Shown here in pieces: positions 17,255 through 25,742 of a stretch of 62,979 nucleotides of DNA (the stretch's first letter is position 1; each line of letters opens with the position of its first letter). The notes beneath the pieces are model-generated. The model made no database searches. It saw only the letters and a program-made list of their open reading frames with translations, and was not told the DNA's origin. The position numbers were made by a program, and so were the translations under genes. The stretch is from Spirochaetota bacterium. Lineage in GTDB: Bacteria > Spirochaetota > Spirochaetia > Treponematales > UBA12059. The DNA is taken from positions 1 through 62,979 of the forward strand of contig JAIFMD010000029.1 in the NCBI GenBank assembly GCA_020048755.1, given 5' to 3'.

Positions 17255-18099
17255 TGCGCAAATACCGTGAAACAGTTGGTTCGATTTCAGGAACCATCGT
17301 GCTTGCCATCGCCTGTGCTCTGGTGCTGGTGCCGCTTGTGTTCATGCTCGGTTCTTCGTTCATGCCGGCTATAGACATCATGAAGATGCCCTACCGCTGG
17401 ATTCCCGAGGTATGGAAACCCGGTAACTACCTGAGGGCACTGGCTGGCAACGACGGATCCTGGATGTATCTGCGCAACATCCTCAACTCGGTGCTGGTGT
17501 CGACGAGCATTGCCGTATCAACGGTACTGCTGTCTTCTCTTGTAGGCTACGGTCTCGCAAAATTCAGGTTCAGGGGACGCAATGCCGTGTTCATGGCAAT
17601 CATGGGTACGATGATGATTCCCTTCGAGACCATAATGATTCCGCTGTATCTGATCGCCGTCAAGGCGGGGATGCAGAACTCGTACGCCGGACTCATCGTG
17701 CCGTTTCTGATGAACGCGTTTGGTGTGTTCATTATGCGGCAATATCTTATAACATTTCCCGACGAAATGCTGGATGCTGCAAGGATAGACGGCTGCTCGG
17801 AACCGAGGATATTCTGGGACATCGTATTCAGGAACGCTGGTCCCGCTGCCGCGACTCTTGCGGTGCTCTCGTTCAGGCAACAGTGGGACAACCTTCTGTG
17901 GCCGCTCCTCATCGCCCAGGACGAGCAGATGAAAACGATACCCGCGTACATAGTCAAATTCGCGGCCGAGAAACACGCCGACGAAGGGGCGATGATGGCC
18001 GTAGCTGTCATCGCGTCTGTGCCTGTATTCGTGTTATTCTTCTCGCTGTCCAAATACTTTCTGGGAGGTTCTGCCGTCTATCAGGCCGGCAAGGAATGA
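17251..18099 (+). CDS. Sugar ABC transporter permease (MalG/UgpE-like)
   Basis: EAA loop 'MLDAARIDGCSEPRIFWDIVFRNAGPA'. 4-nt overlap with the preceding permease gene. Confidence 0.85.
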   Translation: MMRKYRETVGSISGTIVLAIACALVLVPLVFMLGSSFMPAIDIMKMPYRWIPEVWKPGNYLRALAGNDGSWMYLRNILNSVLVSTSIAVSTVLLSSLVGYGLAKFRFRGRNAVFMAIMGTMMIPFETIMIPLYLIAVKAGMQNSYAGLIVPFLMNAFGVFIMRQYLITFPDEMLDAARIDGCSEPRIFWDIVFRNAGPAAATLAVLSFRQQWDNLLWPLLIAQDEQMKTIPAYIVKFAAEKHADEGAMMAVAVIASVPVFVLFFSLSKYFLGGSAVYQAGKE

Positions 18100-18686
18100 T
18101 GCTGTTTATTTTTGATATGGGTGGCGTGCTCGTGCAGTCGTTTGATGTGCTCCCAGAAGCCGCACGCCGGCTGGGGCTCTCCGAGACTGCGGCCAGGCAA
18201 TTCGCGCGGGCCGACATGGACGCGCTGATGACCGGCGCCATGAGCGCGCGGGAATACTGGACCCGGTTTGAAGCGGCTTCTGGCGTGCTCGTTGCGGAGG
18301 ATTACTGGTCGACCCTGTTCTCTCCGACGCTGGATTCCCTTATGGAACGTCTGGTAAGCAAACTCCATGCCAGAGGCCGCGTGGTATGCGGTACAAATAC
18401 CGTAGGATCACATTATGACCATCTGCAGCAGCGTGGCCTGTACGGGTGCTTCGACGCTGTCTACGCATCGCACCTCATGGGTGTGTGCAAGCCTGATGCC
18501 GCATTCTGGCATGCGATTCTGCAAGCCGAGGGCATAGATGCCGGCAATGCTTTCTTTATCGATGATTACCCTGAAAATGTTGAAGCTGCAGAATCGCTCG
18601 GCATACGGTCCCACCTGTTCAACGGGATCGAGGGGCTTCAGGACGCGCTTGATTCAATGTTAGCTGAACCGGAGTTGAAGGCTTGA
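18096..18686 (+). CDS. HAD-superfamily hydrolase (YihX-like, subfamily IA)
   Basis: Motif I variant 'LFIFDMGGVLV' (compare 'IFDLGNVIV' in E. coli YihX). Later motifs 'GTNT' and 'FFIDDYPENV'. ATGA overlap with the permease stop. Confidence 0.7.
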   Translation: MMLFIFDMGGVLVQSFDVLPEAARRLGLSETAARQFARADMDALMTGAMSAREYWTRFEAASGVLVAEDYWSTLFSPTLDSLMERLVSKLHARGRVVCGTNTVGSHYDHLQQRGLYGCFDAVYASHLMGVCKPDAAFWHAILQAEGIDAGNAFFIDDYPENVEAAESLGIRSHLFNGIEGLQDALDSMLAEPELKA

Positions 18687-19726
18687 AACTGTTGAACCGC
18701 GTTCTGACTGTGGTTGTCGTGTCGTTGCTGGTACTCGTAGCACTGGCTTCTTGCTCGCGCAAGCAAAGCCCGAGGATCGATACCGACCTTGTTGTCTATA
18801 CATCGCATCCCGACGAACTTTTTAAATTCATACTCGATGAATTCAGGGAACGGACTGGTCTGCGTGTCCGCGTCGTCCCGGACGGCACCGGCGCCTTGCT
18901 GGCCCGCCTCGGGCGCGGTGAGGGCAAGGATGCTGACGTGTTGTGGGGGGGCGGAGCTGAAAGCCTCGTCGCGAACCTTGCACTGTTCGAGGCCTACGAA
19001 TCTCCAGAGCGTGCGGCGATCCCTGCAAGCCTTCGTGACGAGGATGGTTTCTGGACAGGATTTACTGTATTGCCGATGGTCATCATCGTAAACTCGCGCC
19101 TGGTACCGGCCGTGGACTTGCCGGCCCGCTGGTCAGACCTGCTACAGCCCCGGTTTGCAGACAGTGTCGCTTTCGCGAATCCAGCATCTTCAGGCAGCGC
19201 GTACACCATACTCCGCACGATGCTCGTCGCTGGAAGCGCCGCCGTCGCCGGTAGCGATATAGATCACGATGGAGCGGCCTGGAGGCTCATAGAAGGCTTT
19301 GTGGCCGCAATCGGCGGTACCCCGGTGGAGGAATCAGCGCTGGTGTATTCCGGCGTGGCCGCAGGAGAATACCTTGCGGGCGTGACCTACGAGAATGCCG
19401 GTGCGGAGGCACGGCGTCTCGGTTCCGATGTCACGATAGTCTATCCAGAAGACGGCACGTCAGCGGTACCGGATGGAGTAGCCATACTCAAAGGGGCTCC
19501 CCATCGCGATGCGGCCCGACTCTTCGTCGATTTTGTTCTTGGCAACGATGTCGCGCGGGTCGTGACTGCCCGTTTCAAGCGACGCTCTGCGCGCTCGGAC
19601 GCGCCGGTACCTGAAGGCCTGCCACCCCTGGAATCAATACGGCTCCTGGACTACGATTTTGATGCGTCTGTATCCCAGCGGGAAGCCACCATCGAGCGTT
19701 TCAGGCTCCTGACCGGGCGCTACTGA
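18683..19726 (+). CDS. Lipoprotein, family-1 solute-binding protein (Fe3+/polyamine/thiamine type)
   Basis: Lipobox 'LVALASCS' and 'LVVYTSHPDELFKFILDEFRERTGLRVRVVPDGTGALLARL...DADVLWGG'. Confidence 0.7.
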   Translation: MKLLNRVLTVVVVSLLVLVALASCSRKQSPRIDTDLVVYTSHPDELFKFILDEFRERTGLRVRVVPDGTGALLARLGRGEGKDADVLWGGGAESLVANLALFEAYESPERAAIPASLRDEDGFWTGFTVLPMVIIVNSRLVPAVDLPARWSDLLQPRFADSVAFANPASSGSAYTILRTMLVAGSAAVAGSDIDHDGAAWRLIEGFVAAIGGTPVEESALVYSGVAAGEYLAGVTYENAGAEARRLGSDVTIVYPEDGTSAVPDGVAILKGAPHRDAARLFVDFVLGNDVARVVTARFKRRSARSDAPVPEGLPPLESIRLLDYDFDASVSQREATIERFRLLTGRY

Positions 19727-20517
19727 CGCCCGTGCCTGAACTCGCTGGGTGTCATGCCGACGATGCGCCTGAACAGTGTGCTGAAGTATCGCGCATCCTT
19801 GTAACCAGACAAATCGGCTACTTCACCGATCCGGACGACCGGATCGCGCAGCAGTTCCATGGCGCGCTTCATGCGGAGCCTGGTCAGATACTCGTTGAAT
19901 GTCAGGCCGGTAGCCTTCTTGAAGAGCCTCGACAGGTGGTCTCCGGAGATGCCCATGCGTTCTGCTACTGAATCCGCGGACAGGTCCACGACAAACCGTT
20001 CACGTAGATCCAGTATCGCAGCCTCGACATAGGCATCCCCTGAATCGGTGCTCCGTTCCTGCGTCAGGTCGCGCAGCAATCCAAAGGCACGATCGGACGA
20101 GGCTACCCGCTCGAGTGTGAACATATGCTCCCGCTCATCGACCCGCAGCAGCGCACTCCGCATTGTCTCTTCGAGTTCCGCATCGACCATAGGCTTGATC
20201 AGGTAGGCAAACGCGCCCAGCCTTACGGCCTCCCGTGCATACTCGAAGTCGGCATGGCCCGACAGGATGATGAACAAGGGGCGGTCCGGCGGTTCCAGTT
20301 CGGCTTCGGCTTTTCGCATCAGGGCCATGCCATCCAGGCCAGGCATCCGGATGTCTGTAACCACCACTTCGGCACGGCGTTCGATGATGAGGTCCCAGGC
20401 CTGGGTACCGTCCTCGGCCGCCCCTGCGAGCATGTAGCCCCATAGCTCCCAGGGAATGGTCGTCTCCAGTTCCCTGCGCGCGAGTTCTTCGTCTTCGGCT
20501 ATCAGGAGTCGCCTCAT
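19720..20517 (-). CDS. Response regulator with an AraC-type HTH output (YesN-like)
   Basis: Receiver domain 'LLIAEDEE...VVVTDIRMPGLDG...LIKP'. C-terminal AraC signature 'TFNEYLTRLRMKRAMELL...VADLSGYKDARYFSTLFRRIVGMTPSEF'. Confidence 0.85.
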   Translation of the reverse strand: MRRLLIAEDEELARRELETTIPWELWGYMLAGAAEDGTQAWDLIIERRAEVVVTDIRMPGLDGMALMRKAEAELEPPDRPLFIILSGHADFEYAREAVRLGAFAYLIKPMVDAELEETMRSALLRVDEREHMFTLERVASSDRAFGLLRDLTQERSTDSGDAYVEAAILDLRERFVVDLSADSVAERMGISGDHLSRLFKKATGLTFNEYLTRLRMKRAMELLRDPVVRIGEVADLSGYKDARYFSTLFRRIVGMTPSEFRHGRQ

Positions 20518-20548
20518 CCCATGCCTCCCGTATGTGATCCAGCAGTCG

Positions 20549-22249
20549 TCATCCTTGTACCGGTATCCTCAGTGTCGCCTTGAATCCACCATCAGGAACC
20601 GAGCCCCGGCCTATCCGGATACCGTATTCATGCCCGTACTCCAGCACAATCCGCCGGTTTGTGCCCAATAGGCCTATGCCGTGGCTGCCTGAAGGTGGAA
20701 GCGCTGCTTCAAGAGATTCTGAAAGTTCTTCAAGCGCCTTGGCCTCCATACCCGGGCCGTCATCCTCGAATTCAAGAATGGCAAGTGTGCCTTCCATCCT
20801 GCCGGAGACGCGAAGCATGCCCGGTCCTCGCTTGCGTTCAAGGCCATGAGTCAAGGCGTTTTCGGCGAGTGGTTCCAGGGTCAAAGGAGGAATCCGGACT
20901 GCTTCAAGCGCGGGATCCACGTCGACCTTGTAGCTGAATCTATCGCCAAACCGTACTTTTTCTATGCTCAGGTAATCCCGCACCGAAGCCAGGCTTACTC
21001 CGATGGTAGACATCCCGTCGCGGCGGCCGGCTCCGGCACGGAGTATCTTGCCGAGTCTGGAAACGACCTCAGCTATTTCCGCGGAGCGGCCGAGCTTGGC
21101 CAGGGATTTTATTGAAGCAAGGGTGTTGTGGAGGAAGTGGGGATTCATCTGTGCGGCCAGTGCGCGGAGTTCCGCCGCACGCAACAGTTCCTGGCGTTCT
21201 ACCTCCCGTTTCAGCAGCGCGTCAACCTCCGCCGTCATCGCATTGAAAGACCGGGCCAGGTCGCCCAGTTCGTCGTCGCCGGAGGGTTCGATGCGTATCG
21301 TCAGGTCTCCCGCCTCCACGAGCTTCATCGAACGGGCCATCTTCAGGACGGGTCTGGTAACCGAACCGGAAGCACTCAGGGCGAGCGCCGCTGCAAGACC
21401 GGCTGCGCCTGCGAGTCCGGCGAGCGCGATGGTCCTGGCTGAGCGGCCGAATCCGGCGTACAGTCCGCTGGGTGCTTCCAGAAAAACGGTGAATTGATTG
21501 CCTGCGCCAGTCGCACTGGCTATGGAGACGCTCCCGGAGTCCAGAGGCCTTGGAATTTCATCATTGAAGTGGCCTTCCCTGGATGGGTCAGACTGGTCGA
21601 ACACTATCTTGCCGGAGGGGAACACCAGCGATGCGCCGCCTTGCAGTCCGCTTGCCAGAGCCGCGGCTGCTATGGCCGAGCGGCGTATGTCGGCCAGTGC
21701 ATACCCCAGGTTGTTCCCCGTGTCGTTTTTTATCGGTATTCCTATGGTAAAGGAACCCGCCGAACCGTCGGACAGTGGCGTTACCCTGGGTGTTACTGCC
21801 AGTTGTGTTACAGAAAGGGCCCTGAAAATTCCCCACGAGCCGTACATCGATATGTCCCTGTCTGCCGGAATATCGCCAAGCAGCAACGAGACCGACCCGT
21901 CCGATGCATACGCGCTGGCTTCAGCCAGTTCCCCCGACCGCGGAAACACTGAAAGGATGCGCCTGAATGCCCGCGCCTTGATAGCGGAATCAGCGTGGCT
22001 GGGCGGCTCGAGTGCCAACAGTACCGCGGGGTCTGTCGCGACGAGGGCCAGGTCCCTGGCGCAGGAATCGGCAATCGAGGCAACAGACCGGGCAAAGGCC
22101 CGGGCCTGGGAGTCTAGCCGTGACTCTGCCTCGTTGCGGAGCGCCGAACCCGCCAGCGAGGTGTACAGCACGGAAATTGCCGCTGCCGGTGCCATGGCCG
22201 CCGCGAGGAACAGCGTGAAAATCCGCCTGAAATACCGTGGCCGTCCCAA
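20549..22249 (-). CDS. Sensor histidine kinase (YesM/LytS-type: HAMP + His_kinase + HATPase_c)
   Basis: Two TM segments flank a ~250-aa extracytoplasmic domain. HAMP 'TRPVLKMARSMKLVEAGDLTIRI...ELGDLARSFNAM'. H-box 'QMNPHFLHNTL'. ATPase motifs 'ENALTHG' and 'DDGPGM...GIGL'. Confidence 0.85.
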   Translation of the reverse strand: MGRPRYFRRIFTLFLAAAMAPAAAISVLYTSLAGSALRNEAESRLDSQARAFARSVASIADSCARDLALVATDPAVLLALEPPSHADSAIKARAFRRILSVFPRSGELAEASAYASDGSVSLLLGDIPADRDISMYGSWGIFRALSVTQLAVTPRVTPLSDGSAGSFTIGIPIKNDTGNNLGYALADIRRSAIAAAALASGLQGGASLVFPSGKIVFDQSDPSREGHFNDEIPRPLDSGSVSIASATGAGNQFTVFLEAPSGLYAGFGRSARTIALAGLAGAAGLAAALALSASGSVTRPVLKMARSMKLVEAGDLTIRIEPSGDDELGDLARSFNAMTAEVDALLKREVERQELLRAAELRALAAQMNPHFLHNTLASIKSLAKLGRSAEIAEVVSRLGKILRAGAGRRDGMSTIGVSLASVRDYLSIEKVRFGDRFSYKVDVDPALEAVRIPPLTLEPLAENALTHGLERKRGPGMLRVSGRMEGTLAILEFEDDGPGMEAKALEELSESLEAALPPSGSHGIGLLGTNRRIVLEYGHEYGIRIGRGSVPDGGFKATLRIPVQG

Positions 22250-22253
22250 GGGG

Positions 22254-24002
22254 TCAATGTTCCCCGAGCAGGCTCTTGAGTTCCTGTATATCCTTGACGA
22301 GGCGAGACCGGTCCAGGTTCTGGAAGCGGCGGGGCACCATTTCCTTGCTCGTGCATTCCACGACGGCCACGAGGTTCTGCAGTTCTATCTCGTGCGGATA
22401 CGCCGGAGGTACAAAATCACCCATCGTCTCCTCGAGGTCTTCCTTGGTAACGAAGGATCGCCCGTCCATTGTTGCCCTGAGTTTTGCGCGTATCAGCACC
22501 GCCTCGAGATCGGCTCCCGAAAACTCGTGCTTGAATCGCTTGAACAGCTCTGATATGGGGAATTTTCGTATCGACAGGTCGAGTTTGCGCACAAGCACGT
22601 CGTACAGCGCTTCCTTGTCGGGGTCGTTGTCGGGGTAGAAGAGGGCCAGGTGCTCCTCTGCGCGGCCCTGGCGCTTAAGGTCTATGGGCAGCAGGTCCGG
22701 GCGGCAGGTTATCAGAAACCAGATGATCCTGCCGCGATATTCGGTGTTGCCCATAAAGCTGGCCAGCTGGGCAAAGATGCGGTTGGAAGTGCCTGAATCT
22801 CCGTCCTGGTCACGGTTGCCCAGGAATGCATCGGCCTCGTCTATCATTACCGCGACCGGCGACATGGCCTTGAGGATGGTCAGCACCTTTTCCAGGTTCG
22901 ATTCCGTGACGCCTTGCCATTTTGAACGGAAATTCTTGAACTTGACCATGGGGACGCCAATCTCGCCGGCGAAAGCGCTGACCATGAAGCTTTTACCCGT
23001 GCCAACAGGCCCGGCAATCAGGTAACCCATGGGCAACACGTCGAGCCGCCCCTGTTTCAGTGCCCTTGCCGCATGTTTGAAACGCTTCTTGACGAAATCG
23101 TGGCCCGAGACGAAGGACAGGTCATGCTCGGTATCCAGGAACTCGAGGAGCCCGCCCGCTTCGCTTTCTATGATTTCACGCTTCTTTGTCTTGAGGTAGT
23201 CCATGGAGATGGGCTTGTCTTCCTGCCAGCTTTCTGCCGCCAGCCGGTTCAGGTTGACGAGGTTGAGGCCCGAGGTAATCGAGCCTACGGCAGAAGGCGT
23301 CAGACCCTTGTCCAGCAACAACGTTCCTTTGTCTTCAAGGAACTGGAGGAACGATGATCGTACGGTCTCGTCTGGAATGGGTATTTCAACTTTGATGGTT
23401 GAGGGGCTCGCTATGATGCGCGGATTGAGGTCTGAAAGGTTTTCAGACAGGAGCAGTATTGATACATCGCCTTTGGTGAACACCGGATCGTGCGACCAGC
23501 GGTTGAGCGTCACGAAGCAGTACCGGTCAGATTCGTCGAGCTTGGCCAGGTCTGATGCCGGCAGTATGGTCTCCGCGTAGTCGATTATCATCACGATGCG
23601 TTTTTTTTGAGGTATGTTGAGCAGGAAATAGCGCTCCAGCGTCCTGAATGCCACGGCAGGGTCGGCAGATAGCAGTTCGTCATCGCTCGTGTCCGGGAAT
23701 CGCTCGCGCATGGCCCTGATATAGTCGCGCTGCATCTCCGGGGTACAGAAGCTTACACCGCTCGAGCGGTCCCAGAACACGATGATGTCCCTGTTGCCGA
23801 ACAGCACCTCCGAGACATAGTCCTGAATTTTGACGAAATTGAATTCTCCCTCGTTCATCTTGTGCGGAAGGTAGTCGCGGATGTTGCCATGGATTATGTA
23901 GAGGTTGGCGGTCTTGGAGCAGTACTTGTACGAAAGTTCCTGAGCCCAGGACGGCAGTATCTTTATGAAAGGAAGGTTTTTGACAATCAGTTGTTCCTTC
24001 AT
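22254..24002 (-). CDS. AAA+ ATPase with a degenerate N-terminal AAA-like half
   Basis: C-terminal half: Walker A 'GPVGTGKS' and Walker B 'VAVMIDEAD', classic-clade 'SKWQGVTESNLEKV'. N-terminal ~300 aa: degenerate 'LYIIHGNIRD' and 'IVMIIDYAE'. Confidence 0.8.
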   Translation of the reverse strand: MKEQLIVKNLPFIKILPSWAQELSYKYCSKTANLYIIHGNIRDYLPHKMNEGEFNFVKIQDYVSEVLFGNRDIIVFWDRSSGVSFCTPEMQRDYIRAMRERFPDTSDDELLSADPAVAFRTLERYFLLNIPQKKRIVMIIDYAETILPASDLAKLDESDRYCFVTLNRWSHDPVFTKGDVSILLLSENLSDLNPRIIASPSTIKVEIPIPDETVRSSFLQFLEDKGTLLLDKGLTPSAVGSITSGLNLVNLNRLAAESWQEDKPISMDYLKTKKREIIESEAGGLLEFLDTEHDLSFVSGHDFVKKRFKHAARALKQGRLDVLPMGYLIAGPVGTGKSFMVSAFAGEIGVPMVKFKNFRSKWQGVTESNLEKVLTILKAMSPVAVMIDEADAFLGNRDQDGDSGTSNRIFAQLASFMGNTEYRGRIIWFLITCRPDLLPIDLKRQGRAEEHLALFYPDNDPDKEALYDVLVRKLDLSIRKFPISELFKRFKHEFSGADLEAVLIRAKLRATMDGRSFVTKEDLEETMGDFVPPAYPHEIELQNLVAVVECTSKEMVPRRFQNLDRSRLVKDIQELKSLLGEH

Positions 24003-24093
24003 GACCCCTCCTTGCAGAATCGAATATGGCAGAAAGCAGACTTTGGGGGCAGTATCGGCATCCGTATCTGCACTGCCTCGCTGATGACCTTTT

Positions 24094-25320
24094 TCAGCGG
24101 GGTGCCAGCTTGCGTGTCAGTATGAATCTTCGTATGCGCCTGAGGAAGTGCCGTGACCTTAATTTGTGGAGCGCTATGACCTCTCCATAGGTTTCCTCCA
24201 GTTTCAGTCCAAACGTCTCGGCTGAATACTGGAGAGCCTTCTCCCGCGCAGCGCTGATGATGCTGGCCGTCTTTTCATGATCCGACAGCACCTGGAACAA
24301 CGCCTCTGGTAGCTCATCTTTACCCGCAAAGAGCAGGCCATCCACGCCATCCGTTATCATCGCGGCAAAGCTCGGGTCCTGCCTGGCCACAACAGGAACC
24401 TCCGCAGCCATGGCCTCGAGTATCGTAAGACCCTGTGTTTCCGTAACTGAGGCGCTTACGAAGACGTCTCCGGCCCTGTAGTACGAGGGAATGTCCACCC
24501 AGGGCCGTGATCCCGCAAAAATGACGCTCCCTGCCGTGCAGCGTTCAGAAGCCATTTTTTCAAGAATGGCCTTTTCGGGGCCATCACCTACAATAAGCAA
24601 GCGAGCTTCAGGCAGCTTTTCATGGAGCACTGACAAGGCATTGACGAGCATGTCGATACTTTTTTCTTTGGCAATCCTGCCTATGAATACAATGAGGGGT
24701 GTCGATTCTGCAATCCCGAGTTCCTTGCGGACGGTATTCCGCGCTTCTGGATCAGCCGCAGCAATTTGAAAACGGCCTAGATCTACCCCGGATGGCACGA
24801 TCCGAATGGGGCGCTTGACTCCATAAGACAACAATACGTTCCTGACCTTGTCGGTCGGAGCAATTATCATGTCGTCTGCATTGCAGAATTTTCGGCTCAG
24901 AACACGAACCATATCCTCGGTCAGTTGTACCAGTTTGCCCTTTGCGATGTAGTGTACATAGTCCTTGTACATGGTGTGGTAGGTATGGATGATTGGTAGA
25001 TCGAGTATTCTGGCCACGGCTTTGGCAAAAAAACCAAGGGTAAATTCTGTCTGCGTGTGGATTACGTCAAGCTTGATCTGGCTGATGGCGGTAAGCGCTT
25101 CGGGTGTTACGCTGACCGCGAGCCTGAGTGATTTCTGGAATATCACCGGGACGCTCGGGAGGCGATACACATCATCTTCTGGCTGGGCTTCAGGATTGTC
25201 CGGCGCGAATATGAACACGCGGTGGCCACGGGCCATCAATGCTTTTTTAAGTGTTTGTACTGAAACTACGACGCCGCTTATCTCCGGCCGGTATGAATCG
25301 GTGAAAATGCCTATGTTCAT
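24094..25320 (-). CDS. GT4-family glycosyltransferase (glycolipid-synthase-like)
   Basis: 'MNIGIFTDSYRPEISGVVVSVQTLKKALMARGHRVFIFAP' is the typical GT4 N-terminus of diacylglycerol glycosyltransferases. C-terminal 'E(T)QGLTILEAMAAEVPVV' is the EX7E-type motif. Confidence 0.8.
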   Translation of the reverse strand: MNIGIFTDSYRPEISGVVVSVQTLKKALMARGHRVFIFAPDNPEAQPEDDVYRLPSVPVIFQKSLRLAVSVTPEALTAISQIKLDVIHTQTEFTLGFFAKAVARILDLPIIHTYHTMYKDYVHYIAKGKLVQLTEDMVRVLSRKFCNADDMIIAPTDKVRNVLLSYGVKRPIRIVPSGVDLGRFQIAAADPEARNTVRKELGIAESTPLIVFIGRIAKEKSIDMLVNALSVLHEKLPEARLLIVGDGPEKAILEKMASERCTAGSVIFAGSRPWVDIPSYYRAGDVFVSASVTETQGLTILEAMAAEVPVVARQDPSFAAMITDGVDGLLFAGKDELPEALFQVLSDHEKTASIISAAREKALQYSAETFGLKLEETYGEVIALHKLRSRHFLRRIRRFILTRKLAPR

Positions 25321-25426
25321 GACATTCTCCTTTTACCTGTGAATAATGTTATATGCATCATACAAAGTACCATCAAGGACCGGCTCTAAGCAATGACAGC
25401 ATCTGTCCATACATCGTCCCATGATC

Positions 25427-25455
25427 TTGCACCCCATACCGTCATATGATAATAT
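25427..25455 (+). promoter_or_regulatory. Candidate sigma70 promoter for the ferredoxin gene
   Basis: 'ttgcac' (25427-25432), a 17-nt spacer, then 'taatat' (25450-25455), ~34 nt upstream of the ATG. Confidence 0.35.
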
Positions 25456-25488
25456 CCGGGTACATCAACATTCCAAGGAGATCATACC

Positions 25489-25659
25489 ATGGCATACAAG
25501 ATTACAGATGCGTGCGTAAATTGCGGCGCTTGCGAGTCAGAGTGTCCCGTCCAGGCTATCAGTGAGAAGAACGGCCTGCGCTGGATCGATCCCGCCAAGT
25601 GCACCGACTGTGGTTCCTGCGCTTCCGTCTGCCCCACTGAAGCCATTATCCAAGGTTAA
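25489..25659 (+). CDS. 2x[4Fe-4S] ferredoxin (56 aa; below the ORF-track cut-off)
   Basis: My own translation: '[56 protein letters not shown]', with two CxxCxxCxxxCP motifs. RBS 'aaggag' at 25475-25480. Confidence 0.85.
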   Translation: MAYKITDACVNCGACESECPVQAISEKNGLRWIDPAKCTDCGSCASVCPTEAIIQG

Positions 25660-25679
25660 ATTTCTTCGACCCCCGGTTT

Positions 25680-25724
25680 AAAAAAGCCCCTCGGCGTGCT
25701 TGGCGCACGCGGAGGGGTTTTTTT
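25680..25724. terminator. Bidirectional rho-independent terminator (ferredoxin + / arginine deiminase -)
   Basis: 'aaaaaa', then the stem 'cccctcggcgtgc' / 'gcacgcggagggg' (one mismatch, loop 'ttggc'), then 'ttttttt'. Confidence 0.75.
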
Positions 25725-25742
25725 ATTGTGCGCGGTTCGGAG

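Noticed and set aside
21498-22553. A 351-aa plus-strand ORF antisense to the histidine kinase and AAA+ genes. Similar long antisense ORFs occur at 968-1711(-), 8131-8931(+), 9119-9988(+), 31261-31803(-), 34611-35267(-), 37114-37779(-), 50040-50873(+) and 56274-56669(+).
   Set aside because: Long shadow ORFs are expected in ~60% GC DNA. The translations are Arg/Ser/Ala/Pro-rich low-complexity sequence with no motifs. Each is fully overlapped by an opposite-strand gene with clear family signatures.
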